Part shown: positions 16,609-27,572 of the stretch, piece by piece
Numbering within the stretch: position 1 is the first letter of the stretch
Layout: the number at the start of each line of letters is the position of its first letter
From: a virus
Length of the DNA stretch: 64,000 nt
Virus record (IMG/VR): IMGVR_UViG_3300047300_000501
Location: 10,203-74,202 of that record
Reading direction: 5' to 3' (one strand)
Position numbers and translations under genes: made by a program
The notes under the pieces: generated by a model
The model's input: only the letters and a program-made list of their open reading frames with translations
Told to the model about the DNA's origin: nothing
The model's database searches: none

Positions 16609-18639
16609 ATGTCAGATTTTTTTAGTTTTAGATTAACAGATGACTTCGTAGAGAAGTTTGCAACAGCACCAAACCCATTTGGATTTAAGGATGCAGCAGA
16701 AAACTCTCTTGGAGAAATCACTTTTATTCGCACATATTCTCGTGTGAAGGAGGATGGAACTAAAGAGCGCTGGCATGAAGTATGTCGTCGTGTAATCGAA
16801 GGTATGTACTCAGTACAAAAGAATCACGCTAAGGAAAATCGTTTACCTTGGAATGATTATAAGGCTCAGAAGTCTGCACAAGAAGCATTCCAGAGAATGT
16901 TTGAGTTGAAGTGGACACCTCCAGGACGAGGTATGTGGACATTTGGAACAGCCATGACAATGGAGAAGAGAAACTCAGCAGCACTTCAAAATTGTGCAAT
17001 GGTATCAACAAAAGATCTTGACAAGAATGATCCAGGAGCCCTATTTGCTTGGGTTATGGACGCACTGATGCTTGGCATTGGTGTTGGATTTGACACAGTG
17101 GGACAGGAAAAGAATTTTACAATCTATGCTCCAACAGAGCCAGCAGTGATTTATAATATCCCAGACACTCGTGAGGGTTGGGTAGAATCAGTTCGTCTTT
17201 TGCTAAACTCTTACCTACGACAGAACCAGCCTATTCAAAAGTTTAACTACGACCTTATCCGTCCCCTAGGAGCACCGATTAAGGGCTTTGGAGGGGTCGC
17301 TAGCGGTCCAGCACCACTTATTCAACTACATGCACAGATCGATAAGGTAGTTGGCGGTAGAGTCGGAGAAACACTTGATAGCCGTGCTATTACAGATATT
17401 GTTAACCTTATTGGTACCTGCGTTGTATCAGGAAATGTTAGACGTTCTGCAACACTTGCTTTGGGTGCAGCAGGGGATGAAGATTTTATTAATCTAAAGA
17501 ATGCTGAAGTCTTTCCAGACCGTAACTCGTTTGATCCAGAAAACCCAGGGTGGGCTTGGATGTCAAATAACTCAATTTCTGCAACAGTCGGAATGGACTA
17601 TGAAAAGTACACTGATCTGATTGTTAATAACGGAGAGCCAGGATTTATTTGGCTTGATGTTGCTCGTAACTATGGTCGTCTAGCAGATCCTGCAGATGGA
17701 AAAGACTATCGGGTTATGGGCTTCAATCCTTGTGCGGAGCAGCCATTGGAGTCGTATGAACTTTGTACTCTTGTAGAAGTTCACTTAAATCGACATGAAT
17801 CCAAGGAGGACTTCCTCAAGACATTGAAGTTTGCTTACCTTTATGGTAAAACTGTTACGTTGCTTCCAACACACTGGCAGCAGACAAACGGTATCATGCA
17901 AAGAAACCGTCGCATTGGAACTTCTCTAACTGGTATCGCATCATTCGCTGATCAAAAGGGTCTTCCTATTGTCCGTGAGTGGATGGATGAAGGCTATAAT
18001 ACAATTCGTAAGTATGACCGCCAGTATTCAGAATGGCTTTGTGTACGTGAATCAATTCGTGTAACAACAGTTAAGCCATCAGGCTCCGTGTCAATTCTTT
18101 CAGGTGCAACACCTGGAGTTCACTGGGGACCTGGAGGAAACTTCTTCCTTCGTGCAATTCGTTTTGGTGATACAGATCCAATGCTTCATTTGTTTAAGGC
18201 TGCAGGGTATAAGATTGAAAAAGATGTTGTGTCAGCAAATACACAGGTAGTCTACTTCCCAGTAAAGTCAGGACATCCTCGTTCTGAAAAGGATGTAACA
18301 TTGTTTGAAAAGATTGCTCTTGCAGCAACTGCTCAAAAGTACTGGTCAGACAATGGTGTTTCTGTAACTCTATCCTTTGATAAGGAAACAGAATCAAAGC
18401 ATGTTGCTCCAGCACTTCACATGTATGAGGGGCAGTTGAAAGCAGTATCATTCCTACCTATGGGAAACACTGTTTATCCTCAGCAACCATACACTCAGAT
18501 TACTGAAGAGGAATATGAGTCTTATGTCGGAGTTCTAAAGCATATTGATTTCTCTGCTATTTATGATGGCAATGAAAATCTAGAAGCAATGGGTGAAGCC
18601 TACTGTACAACAGATTATTGTGAAATTAAGGTAAAGTAA
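16609..18639 (+). CDS. nrdJ: class II adenosylcobalamin-dependent ribonucleotide reductase (monomeric RTPR type)
   Basis: RTYSR, PPGRGMW, LQNCA, GNVRRSA, NPCAEQPL..YELC, TTVKPSG, C-terminal YCTTDYC. Confidence 0.95.
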   Translation: MSDFFSFRLTDDFVEKFATAPNPFGFKDAAENSLGEITFIRTYSRVKEDGTKERWHEVCRRVIEGMYSVQKNHAKENRLPWNDYKAQKSAQEAFQRMFELKWTPPGRGMWTFGTAMTMEKRNSAALQNCAMVSTKDLDKNDPGALFAWVMDALMLGIGVGFDTVGQEKNFTIYAPTEPAVIYNIPDTREGWVESVRLLLNSYLRQNQPIQKFNYDLIRPLGAPIKGFGGVASGPAPLIQLHAQIDKVVGGRVGETLDSRAITDIVNLIGTCVVSGNVRRSATLALGAAGDEDFINLKNAEVFPDRNSFDPENPGWAWMSNNSISATVGMDYEKYTDLIVNNGEPGFIWLDVARNYGRLADPADGKDYRVMGFNPCAEQPLESYELCTLVEVHLNRHESKEDFLKTLKFAYLYGKTVTLLPTHWQQTNGIMQRNRRIGTSLTGIASFADQKGLPIVREWMDEGYNTIRKYDRQYSEWLCVRESIRVTTVKPSGSVSILSGATPGVHWGPGGNFFLRAIRFGDTDPMLHLFKAAGYKIEKDVVSANTQVVYFPVKSGHPRSEKDVTLFEKIALAATAQKYWSDNGVSVTLSFDKETESKHVAPALHMYEGQLKAVSFLPMGNTVYPQQPYTQITEEEYESYVGVLKHIDFSAIYDGNENLEAMGEAYCTTDYCEIKVK

Positions 18640-19170
18640 ATGGAGGACTACGTGTCACAGATACATCACTTTAAGGCATTCATGAAGCCAGAAGATGCTG
18701 AAAAAATACATCAGCATGCTGTAAAGTTTAGTGATAGTTTTAATATGCATGGAAACAATGAAAAAGAATTTAAGGTCTACACCTATCATGAGATTGAAAA
18801 AGATGATAGACAAATTTTAGATCTTATGCAGTATTATGCCCTTAAGGTTTATAATCATGTAAAAGAAACATATGGTGGTCCATTCTTAGAATTCAATCCA
18901 CACAAAACACACTTTGCACGTTTTGAAGAGGGACACGGAATGCATAGTCACTACGATGCTTCTAGGCCAAATGATATTGCTACTGTTTTATATTTAAATA
19001 GTAACTACGATGGAGGAGAGATTTATTTTCCAGAGTATAACATAGAAATAAAGCCAGAGCCAGGAGATCTTCTATGTTTTCCAGATGAACCACACTTTGT
19101 TCATGGGGTAAAGCCAATTCTTAAGGGTACTAGATATACAACACCACGCTGGTTTCCACGCATAGTATGA
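18640..19170 (+). CDS. 2OG-Fe(II) oxygenase, prolyl 4-hydroxylase-like
   Basis: HSHYD, TVLYLNSNYDGGEIYFP, FVHGVKPI..GTRYT..RW. Confidence 0.9.
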   Translation: MEDYVSQIHHFKAFMKPEDAEKIHQHAVKFSDSFNMHGNNEKEFKVYTYHEIEKDDRQILDLMQYYALKVYNHVKETYGGPFLEFNPHKTHFARFEEGHGMHSHYDASRPNDIATVLYLNSNYDGGEIYFPEYNIEIKPEPGDLLCFPDEPHFVHGVKPILKGTRYTTPRWFPRIV

Positions 19171-19185
19171 TAAAATAGACTTACA

Positions 19186-22100
19186 ATGTCTAGTCCATCA
19201 AATCTATATGCAGAAAAGGTGTTTGCAGAACACCCAATGGCTTTATGGGCTCTAGATGACAAGGTAGATTATGTTTCTTTAATATCAGAAAATCAAAGAA
19301 ACCTTTCTTCTTGGACTGTATCAAACGCACTAGTATCTTCCTCACCGTCTACTGTTGATGAGCCATTTATATCAAGCAATGTAACAAAATTAACTGGACA
19401 AAGTTCAAATGGTATTTACACTGTTATTGAGTGTATTGGTCCAGACCTTTTTAACTTTCAAGACCTAAACCATGATCTTGGAACTTTTGCTGTTGGCTCT
19501 TATATTTATTCTTTAAACCCTTACATAGTTGGATTAGACATAGGGTACGAATACTATGATTCAACCACTGGCTCTAATATACAAAACTTAAAGCACTACG
19601 ATACATCAGTATATGATAAGTGGCTTTTTATTTCAGAAACTTTTCACATCCCATCAGACAATGTTGAGATGAGACCAGTATTAAAAATAACTTATATAAA
19701 TAGTGATACCGAAGATGCACCATATGAATTTCTTGTTAATGGTATTACCGTAGGACAGTGGTCAGAAGAATTTAATTCTGTATCTTTGGGTGTTGATCAA
19801 ATATCTTTGCCAACTAAGATTAATCTTCCTTCTTTAAGTGGTGTAGAAGCAAAAGCATATGGGTTGCAAGAAAGTTCTGGTTACTATATTTTAGATCAAT
19901 CATCTTTATGTGCAAAAAATTCTGGTGTCCCAATGGTTTATGGAGCATCAAATAATACAATTATTATTCCTAACTCAAACTTGTATCCAGGATTAATTAT
20001 TCCTGGTCAAGGATTCTTAAACAACTCTGGTAAGTTTAAAGAATATACAGCAGAGATGTGGATAAGAGTTAATTCAAGTTCTACCACATTAAAAAGAATT
20101 TTTGGACCTATAGCGTCTGATGATGGCATCTATGTAGATGGACCTTTTATTAAACTAAAGATTTCTGATAACATTGGGTCATTTTGTGTAGGACAGTGGA
20201 CAAGGCCAATGTTGCTTCATATAAGAATTACTAAAAATTCTGCAAGTTTGCTTATTAATGGAGAACAAGTAATATCGTTAGATTTTATAACAGAGAATTT
20301 GTCATTTCCAGATAAAGAGGTAAATGGAAAAGACAATGATTGGCTAGGGTTTTATGCACACGATGATGTGTCTCCTCTAGAATTAGATTGTGTTGCTATA
20401 TATCCTTATCAGGTTCCTATTCTTGTAGCAAAAAGAAGATTTGTTTATGGTCAAGGTGTAGAGATACCAGAAAATATTAATAGTGCGTATAGCGGTACAT
20501 CTGTCTTCATTGACTATCCATTTGCAGATTATGCAAATAACTATATGTACCCTGATATTGGTAAATGGTCACAAGGAATAGTTGACAATCTTGCTATAGA
20601 AAATAACGTACTTTCATTACCAAACTATGCTCTCCCAACTTTTGTTTCGAGTTCAAAAACTCTTGCTCAGTTTAATAATGATAACTATACAATACAAAAT
20701 GAAGACCAGAACTTTATCTGTTTGTCTCCAAACAGCACATGGAACTCAACTAATTCCTATTTAATTTTTGACAGCATCAATCCAATTGCTGAAGAAACCG
20801 CTGCAATATATGGTGTTTTTAAGTATACACAATTAGATAGTACAGAAAAAACCCTTATTAGGATAGAAGATCAGGTAAGCGGAAATTATCTTTCAATTAA
20901 TCTGCAAGACAGTACACTTAAATACGTGTTGCAAATAGGTACAGAGAAAACTACAGTTTATGAGACTAGTGGAGTATTATTGGGAGACCATTTTACTGCT
21001 GGAATTAATTTAGAAAAATTTTCTAATTACTACGGAGGAGATGTTGCATCTTTACTTGGCAACCGATCAACTTTACGTGTATATGTAGGTGGAGATAAAG
21101 ATCTCTCTAACACATTTAAAGGAAACATATATAAAGTTGTTTTTGACAATGCAAGAAATTTTGTAAGTGTTTCAGACCTCTTTAATGAATCTGGAGTTCC
21201 AAAAGAATATGAGAATATTTTTAATCAGTACGATACATCAGTTTTATATGATGCGGGAGATTCATATTTTGGAGAGAATCCAAGTTTTTGGCAATATATT
21301 TTAGATGGTGGAAGCCCATCATCTTTTGTAACGGTAAGAGTTTCAGAGCATAGGGGAAGTTATGAACTGGTTGGATCCACTAACTTTGACCTATTTAGTT
21401 TAGACATTAATGTTTCTAGTTCGTGGGAAGACAATATTCCACTTACATATTTTGCTAAATATGTAACAGATGCCAAAGGCAAAGAGGTTTACGATTTAGA
21501 CTTTTTGCAATTTAATATTAACTATCCAGCCCCAATTAAATATATTGAGTTTGGAGAGTATACAAGTTGGACATATGCAGAACTAATGTCAAGATACTCT
21601 ACTCCAATTCAAAGAACATATTCATCCCTTGACAATCATTTGTATACTGGCTATAACAACTACTCAGATCTTTTGACTAAGTCATCAAAGAAGTATAGTT
21701 TGGATACTAAAAAATCTTTAGTAAGATCTTATATTTCTTTTCAGTATACTGCAGATGGTGCAAATTCAAACATGAATTCATTTAAGTATTCTGTCAGACC
21801 AGATGTTAATACTGTAGTAAAGCCAGGAACTTATGTTGTTGATAGGGATGAACAAGGAAATGATATATATGACAATTTTTTAAATACAAGATATGAGGTT
21901 GTTGACAATAGCATTATTTATCCACCTTCTGGAATTAATTTTAATGACCTATCTATAGTTGTGCACCTCAAGGTAGATGTTGATAGTGTGTCTAAAAACC
22001 CACTACAGATAAGATCTTTGCAAATTGCTTCCCAAGCATTTAATGAGTCTGCTAATGAGATTGGTACTAGATTTGGTACACCTATTTATCCATATAAAAA

Positions 22101-22938
22101 AAATGGGGTTTACTATGACTACAAAACAGACAATCCGTTTAGTATTTATAAGGGAAGTTCTCCATATCTATATCTTACAAGAGATAGCGGAATTCAGGTA
22201 AGAGGAACTTTTGATCCACTTGTCAATAGAGGTTTGGCTATTCCAATTAACAAGTCTTTATCTAATGACTATAAAGTAATGGCGATGCAGGTAGCAGTCA
22301 GATATGATCAAAGTTTTTTCCCATATGCTCCCACATCAATTTTTGAGATTGAAAGCAGAAATGGTGTCATTAAGTTCTTTATGGTTGCAGATAGTCCAGA
22401 GGGTCAAAGAGCAAGGGTATATGCAATAAATGCTAATACAGGAGAACTTGAGGATGGAATTACCTTTTACTTAAATGGCAACATTGTAAATGATCCAGTA
22501 TTAACAATTAAAGAATGGGCTTTCATTGGAATTTCTTTCTCTAATCTTCTTAATTTTAATAGTTTTGCTGGAGCCTTTAGGGTTAATGGCCCACTACTTG
22601 TAAACCTAATATCAAACTATAAATCAACCAACTTGCAAGAAGTTCAGACTGTTACAAGAAGGCCCTGGTTTAAGGTGAAGTATTCTGGAGCACTAGAACT
22701 TGATTGGGATTTCTGGGATTTGGCATATAAATGGCAAGGTGTGCTAGTTTTGTCCTCTACATCCTATTATGGTGCTAACCCTTCAGACATATATAAGTCG
22801 TATGCTGGAACAAATAAAATCCTAGTTGATGACTATAACCAGGCAGAGTCTGCACCAAAAATACTTTCATTTAAAGACTATGAATATAATATTTATAGTG
22901 AAATTGAATGGCAGTCCTCAACGCAAAATGCAGTATAA
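19186..22938 (+). CDS. large virion structural protein (possible LamG/ConA-like domains)
   Basis: 1250 aa, beta-rich; HPMALWALDD, YTAEMWIR, LLINGEQV; adjacent to the head module. Confidence 0.6.
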   Translation: MSSPSNLYAEKVFAEHPMALWALDDKVDYVSLISENQRNLSSWTVSNALVSSSPSTVDEPFISSNVTKLTGQSSNGIYTVIECIGPDLFNFQDLNHDLGTFAVGSYIYSLNPYIVGLDIGYEYYDSTTGSNIQNLKHYDTSVYDKWLFISETFHIPSDNVEMRPVLKITYINSDTEDAPYEFLVNGITVGQWSEEFNSVSLGVDQISLPTKINLPSLSGVEAKAYGLQESSGYYILDQSSLCAKNSGVPMVYGASNNTIIIPNSNLYPGLIIPGQGFLNNSGKFKEYTAEMWIRVNSSSTTLKRIFGPIASDDGIYVDGPFIKLKISDNIGSFCVGQWTRPMLLHIRITKNSASLLINGEQVISLDFITENLSFPDKEVNGKDNDWLGFYAHDDVSPLELDCVAIYPYQVPILVAKRRFVYGQGVEIPENINSAYSGTSVFIDYPFADYANNYMYPDIGKWSQGIVDNLAIENNVLSLPNYALPTFVSSSKTLAQFNNDNYTIQNEDQNFICLSPNSTWNSTNSYLIFDSINPIAEETAAIYGVFKYTQLDSTEKTLIRIEDQVSGNYLSINLQDSTLKYVLQIGTEKTTVYETSGVLLGDHFTAGINLEKFSNYYGGDVASLLGNRSTLRVYVGGDKDLSNTFKGNIYKVVFDNARNFVSVSDLFNESGVPKEYENIFNQYDTSVLYDAGDSYFGENPSFWQYILDGGSPSSFVTVRVSEHRGSYELVGSTNFDLFSLDINVSSSWEDNIPLTYFAKYVTDAKGKEVYDLDFLQFNINYPAPIKYIEFGEYTSWTYAELMSRYSTPIQRTYSSLDNHLYTGYNNYSDLLTKSSKKYSLDTKKSLVRSYISFQYTADGANSNMNSFKYSVRPDVNTVVKPGTYVVDRDEQGNDIYDNFLNTRYEVVDNSIIYPPSGINFNDLSIVVHLKVDVDSVSKNPLQIRSLQIASQAFNESANEIGTRFGTPIYPYKKNGVYYDYKTDNPFSIYKGSSPYLYLTRDSGIQVRGTFDPLVNRGLAIPINKSLSNDYKVMAMQVAVRYDQSFFPYAPTSIFEIESRNGVIKFFMVADSPEGQRARVYAINANTGELEDGITFYLNGNIVNDPVLTIKEWAFIGISFSNLLNFNSFAGAFRVNGPLLVNLISNYKSTNLQEVQTVTRRPWFKVKYSGALELDWDFWDLAYKWQGVLVLSSTSYYGANPSDIYKSYAGTNKILVDDYNQAESAPKILSFKDYEYNIYSEIEWQSSTQNAV

Positions 22939-22956
22939 TATGGTATACTTATGGTT

Positions 22957-23361
22957 ATGAATCTTGAAAATCCTAATAAAAAGCGTAAACAGTTGCCCAA
23001 AATGAAGGGGCAAGTTGGTGAATCTAAGGTAAAAGTCATTGAAAAGCACTATGACTGGGGCTTGTATGTATACAAAAAAGCAAATGGTAAATGGTTCACT
23101 GATGGCAATGGGTCAATTTTAAACATTGAGTCAATGAAGGGTGATATTACTCAGATTGCAAAATTAAGAGATGCTGCAAAGTACTACGGTGATGAGGGTG
23201 ATGGAACATGTGTGTTTGTGCCAGGACTTACAAGAATTACAGAAGAAGAGTATTCAGAGCAAAAAGATAGACTAGCACAAGGACTTATCCCATCTATGAA
23301 TGACCTTGGTGCTTGGAAGGCTGCTCAAGATACACATGATAAGTATGGAAGTGACGATTAA
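22957..23361 (+). CDS. conserved phage hypothetical protein upstream of portal
   Basis: ORF preceded by TGGTATACT (22941..22949); coupled to the portal gene by TAATG. Confidence 0.65.
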   Translation: MNLENPNKKRKQLPKMKGQVGESKVKVIEKHYDWGLYVYKKANGKWFTDGNGSILNIESMKGDITQIAKLRDAAKYYGDEGDGTCVFVPGLTRITEEEYSEQKDRLAQGLIPSMNDLGAWKAAQDTHDKYGSDD

Positions 23362-24968
23362 TGTCTGAAGAGAACGAATATATAATTGGTGCATCTGTAG
23401 ATAATTTTCCAGAAGCATCTGATATTTTTAAAGAGCAAGATCCATTTAACAAGACATGGGATGACCTAAAAGCCTTATCTGGTTTAGATAACAATTTTAA
23501 AAGAAGAGCAGCACGTATTGCTAAAGGCGAGGTAACTCCGCAATATCTGGAAAGTTCTTTAGCAGTTAAGTCTGGAAAAGACGGGGCAAAATCAAAAGAG
23601 ATTAACCCTGGAAGCATCTATAGAAATGGCTATGGTCTCTTTGATGTTATTACACCACCATGGAATCTTTATGAACTTGCAAACTTCTACGATACATCTT
23701 TTGCAAACCATGCAGCGATTGATGCAAAGGTAGAAAATATTGTTGGCCTTGGTTATGACTTTGAAATCTCTCCAAGAACAATGGTAAAGTTAGAAACAGC
23801 ACAACCACAGACTGCATCAAATGCTCGTAAAAGAATTGAACGTGCAAAGATTGAATTAACTGATTGGCTTGAAAGTTTAAATACAGAAGATTCTTTTACA
23901 ACAATAATGGAAAAAATTTATACAGATGTTCAGGCAACTGGTAACGGGTATCTTGAAGTTGGAAGAACAGTTGCTGGACAGATTGGATATATTGGACACA
24001 TCCCAGCAGTAACTATGAGAGTCCGTCGCTTACGAGATGGGTTTGTTCAGGTCATTGGAAATAAGGTTGTTTACTTTAGAAACTTTGGTGCAAAAAATCC
24101 AAACCCAGTAACATCAGACACAAGACCAAACGAGATTATTCATTTTAAGGAATACTCACCACTAAATACTTTTTATGGTGTACCAGATATTATTTCAGCA
24201 ATTAATGCATTGCATGGAGACATGCTTGCGTCACAATACAACATTGATTACTTTAGCAATAAGGCCGTACCTCGTTATGTTGTAACTCTTAAGGGTGCAA
24301 AACTTTCTGGGGAAGCAGAAGACAAGATGTTCAGATTCTTACAAACAGGAATGAAGGGACAAAATCATAGAACCCTTTATATTCCACTTCCAGGAGACTC
24401 TGATACTAATAAGGTAGAGTTTGAAATGAAGCCAATTGAAAATGGAGTTCAAGAAGGATCATTTGAAAAGTATCGTAAGCAAAATCGTGATGACATTCTT
24501 GTTGCTCACCAGGTTCCTCTTTCTAAACTTGGCGGGGGTGACTCAAATGCAATCGCAGCAGCATTAGCACAAGATAGAACATTTAAAGAGCAAGTTGCAA
24601 GACCTGCACAGAGAGAACTAGAAAAGCCAATCAATAAGATTATTCGTGAACAAACAGACATTCTGCAGTTTAAGTTTAATGAGTTAACTTTGACTGACGA
24701 AATTGCTCAATCACAAATTCTTGAAAGATATGTTAAGAATCAGATTATGGTTCCTAATGAAGCAAGAACTATTTTGGGTATGCCACAAAGAAGTGGTGGT
24801 GATCAGCCTCTTGAACTTAAGCCACAACAGGCTGCAGACGCAACAACTCAAAGGGCACGTGACACAGAAAGATCTAATAACCAGTCTGATAGTACAGCAA
24901 CAGTTTCTGGTCGTAACCCCAAGGGCGAAGGTCGGAAATCTGACGAACTGTCTGAATTGTCCGAATAG
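23361..24968 (+). CDS. portal protein
   Basis: ATGNGYLEV, NEIIHFK, FYGVPD, NIDYFSNKAVP, ILVAHQVP, PNEARTILG. Confidence 0.9.
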   Translation: MSEENEYIIGASVDNFPEASDIFKEQDPFNKTWDDLKALSGLDNNFKRRAARIAKGEVTPQYLESSLAVKSGKDGAKSKEINPGSIYRNGYGLFDVITPPWNLYELANFYDTSFANHAAIDAKVENIVGLGYDFEISPRTMVKLETAQPQTASNARKRIERAKIELTDWLESLNTEDSFTTIMEKIYTDVQATGNGYLEVGRTVAGQIGYIGHIPAVTMRVRRLRDGFVQVIGNKVVYFRNFGAKNPNPVTSDTRPNEIIHFKEYSPLNTFYGVPDIISAINALHGDMLASQYNIDYFSNKAVPRYVVTLKGAKLSGEAEDKMFRFLQTGMKGQNHRTLYIPLPGDSDTNKVEFEMKPIENGVQEGSFEKYRKQNRDDILVAHQVPLSKLGGGDSNAIAAALAQDRTFKEQVARPAQRELEKPINKIIREQTDILQFKFNELTLTDEIAQSQILERYVKNQIMVPNEARTILGMPQRSGGDQPLELKPQQAADATTQRARDTERSNNQSDSTATVSGRNPKGEGRKSDELSELSE

Positions 24969-25000
24969 TAAGATATTGTAAAAAAGGGGTTTATAATATA

Positions 25001-26311
25001 ATGGTGAGCAATATAACCAAGGCCCATTGGAATTCAGATGGGGAAAATTTACGTCTTTCTATGCCTTTTAGTAAGGTTGACAAGGAAAGAAGAATCGTAT
25101 CTGGGTTTGCATCTCTAGATAACATTGACAAGCAAAATGATATCGTAACAGCAGAAGCATCTATGAAGGCTTTTGCAAAGTTCCGTGGTAATATTCGTGA
25201 AATGCATCAGCCATTAGCAGTAGGCAAGATGATTAACTTTAAAGAAGATAAGTACTTTGATCCAGAATCTAAGAAATTTTATTCTGGTGTTTTTGTTTCT
25301 GCATATGTTTCAAAGGGTGCACAAGATACTTGGGAAAAGGTTCTTGACGGAACACTAACTGGATTTTCAATTGGCGGAAGAATGAATAAGTGGGATGACG
25401 GTTATGATGAGAAGTCTGATACACAAATTAGAATTATTAAGGAATATGATTTAGTAGAGTTGAGTCTTGTAGATTCACCAGCAAATCAGTTTGCAAATAT
25501 CGTATCAGTAGAAAAGGTTGACGGCGTGGATGTAGTTAAAGCAGATGAGACAGTTCTAGAGAATGTTTTTTATGATAAAGAAGCAGGACTTGTAATGGTT
25601 TCAGAAAACGAGTCAGAGTTAAACCCAGTAACTGGTAATCCAATGGAAAATATAGGTTTCGTTGAAAAAACGGATAACGAAAAAACAAACATGATAAAGT
25701 TCTTAGTTGATAGTGCTAAAGGCATTAATACTTCTAAGATTAACAAGGAGGTCAATCCTATGACAGAAGCAACAAATGAAGTAGTAGAAGAAATCGTTGA
25801 GAAATCAGATGCTACAGTTGTAGAAACACAGGTCGCTCCAGAGGCTATTGTCGAAGAATCAACAGATGCAGAAAAGGCTATGAAGCCACATGCAGATGAA
25901 GAGACTCCTGCTGAAGATGCTGGTGAAAAGCCAGGAGATGAAGAGGAAGAAGACAAGGCAAAGAAGTCAGATGATATTGCAGCAGTAGTTGCAGATATCA
26001 AGGACAATCTTACAACAGCCTTTAGCGATCTATTATCAACAGTTAAGTCTTTGCAGGCAGAAGTAGAACTTCTTAAGTCTACAAAGGTCGATGTTGACGC
26101 AGTAAAGGATTCATTCGAAGCAGTTGCAAAAGATATTGCATCAGCACGAGTTGAATTTAATGAGTTTGGTAAGCGTGTAGATGCTGTAGAAGCAGACACC
26201 GCTTTCCGAAAGTCTGGCGATCTCGGAGAGATTGTTCAAGACCAACCAGAGATGGTTGAAAAATCCCTATGGGGCGGACGTTTCCTCAAAACAACCGATC
26301 TATTTAGTTAG
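25001..26311 (+). CDS. prohead protease / scaffold fusion
   Basis: RIVSGFAS..NIDKQND, REMHQ, GFSIGG, ELSLVDSPAN; acidic coiled-coil C-terminal half. Confidence 0.85.
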   Translation: MVSNITKAHWNSDGENLRLSMPFSKVDKERRIVSGFASLDNIDKQNDIVTAEASMKAFAKFRGNIREMHQPLAVGKMINFKEDKYFDPESKKFYSGVFVSAYVSKGAQDTWEKVLDGTLTGFSIGGRMNKWDDGYDEKSDTQIRIIKEYDLVELSLVDSPANQFANIVSVEKVDGVDVVKADETVLENVFYDKEAGLVMVSENESELNPVTGNPMENIGFVEKTDNEKTNMIKFLVDSAKGINTSKINKEVNPMTEATNEVVEEIVEKSDATVVETQVAPEAIVEESTDAEKAMKPHADEETPAEDAGEKPGDEEEEDKAKKSDDIAAVVADIKDNLTTAFSDLLSTVKSLQAEVELLKSTKVDVDAVKDSFEAVAKDIASARVEFNEFGKRVDAVEADTAFRKSGDLGEIVQDQPEMVEKSLWGGRFLKTTDLFS

Positions 26312-26332
26312 AAATCACTTGGAGGTGAAATA

Positions 26333-27481
26333 ATGTCAGAAGAAATTAAGAAAAATCAGCCAGGTACATCTGGTAACATCGGTGGAACAGCACCAGGACT
26401 CTATCAGGGTCAAGGCGCTTTTGCATCAGGATCAGACGCAGCAGCAAACGTACCAGGTAACTACACCGACGGTGGAGCACTAGGAAACATTCCTACAGCA
26501 CTCCTCGGTACTACAGATGGACCAAACGCAGTCAATCCTTCAGGTGATGCCGCTAGCGGAATCCTTCGCCCTGAACAAGCACGTCAGTTTATTGACTACG
26601 TGTGGGATGCAACTATCCTCGCTCAAGATGGACGTAGAGTCACAATGAGAGCGAACACCATGGAACTTGAAAAAGTTAACGTTGGTGAGCGTGTAATCCG
26701 TTCTGCTGCTCAAGCAATCGGTGATTACACCAACGCTGGAGCAACCTTCTCAAAGGTCGAACTTACAACAAAGAAGATTCGTCTTGACTGGGAAGTAACA
26801 GCAGAAGCACTTGAAGATAATATCGAAGGTGCAGCACTTGAAGATCACATTGTTCGTCTTATGACAAACGCATTCGGTAATGATATCGAAGATCTTGCAA
26901 TCAATGGTACAGGAGACTCTGCAGACGGAGCATTCCTTGGAATCATGAACGGTTTCGTAAACCGTGTAAAGACAGAAGGAGATGCTCATGAAGCAATTGT
27001 CACAGTAGCAGATAATGCCTGGACACCTGAAGTCATGCAGAACATCATCCTTGCAATGCCACGCAAGTATCGTGCTCTCAAGAACAACCTAAAGTTCTAT
27101 GTTGGTACAGATGCATTCCAAGGTATCGTTAAGCATAACGGTACTCTTGCAGATGCAATCGCTGAAGCATTTGCTGGTACTCCAGCAGGTACTCCTGCAA
27201 ACCGTCAGGCATACCTTGATGGTAATGGACAGACATTCGGTGGAGCACGTACAACTCGTGTTCTCGGAGTAGACGTTCAGGAAGTTCCATACTACCCTGC
27301 AGGATATGTCGATTTGACATTCCCACAGAACCGTGTATGGGGATTCCAGCGTGACATCACTGTAAACCGTGAATACAAGCCAAAGAAGGATACTGTAGAA
27401 TACACAGTCTTCGTTCGCTTTGGTATTCAGTGGGAAGAGCAGGATGCAATCGCATTCGCTGACGCTGCAGCAGACGCATAA
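26333..27481 (+). CDS. major capsid protein (HK97 fold)
   Basis: GILRPEQARQFID, ELTTKKIRLDWEVT.EALEDNIEG, FGNDIEDLAING; follows the protease gene. Confidence 0.9.
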   Translation: MSEEIKKNQPGTSGNIGGTAPGLYQGQGAFASGSDAAANVPGNYTDGGALGNIPTALLGTTDGPNAVNPSGDAASGILRPEQARQFIDYVWDATILAQDGRRVTMRANTMELEKVNVGERVIRSAAQAIGDYTNAGATFSKVELTTKKIRLDWEVTAEALEDNIEGAALEDHIVRLMTNAFGNDIEDLAINGTGDSADGAFLGIMNGFVNRVKTEGDAHEAIVTVADNAWTPEVMQNIILAMPRKYRALKNNLKFYVGTDAFQGIVKHNGTLADAIAEAFAGTPAGTPANRQAYLDGNGQTFGGARTTRVLGVDVQEVPYYPAGYVDLTFPQNRVWGFQRDITVNREYKPKKDTVEYTVFVRFGIQWEEQDAIAFADAAADA

Positions 27482-27497
27482 TCTGTAAACAGCAAAG

Positions 27498-27543
27498 TTT
27501 AGGGGGAGTAGGAGTTAACGCTCCTGCTCCCCTTAGCAATTTA
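27498..27543 (+). terminator. intrinsic terminator after capsid gene
   Basis: ggggagtaggag-ttaacg-ctcctgctcccc stem-loop. Confidence 0.7.
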
Positions 27544-27572
27544 ATGATATAATACTATTTAGGAGGAATAAA

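Noticed and set aside
25570-26199. 209-aa minus-strand ORF
   Set aside because: Antisense shadow of the protease/scaffold gene, Ser-rich from codon bias, no expression signals.
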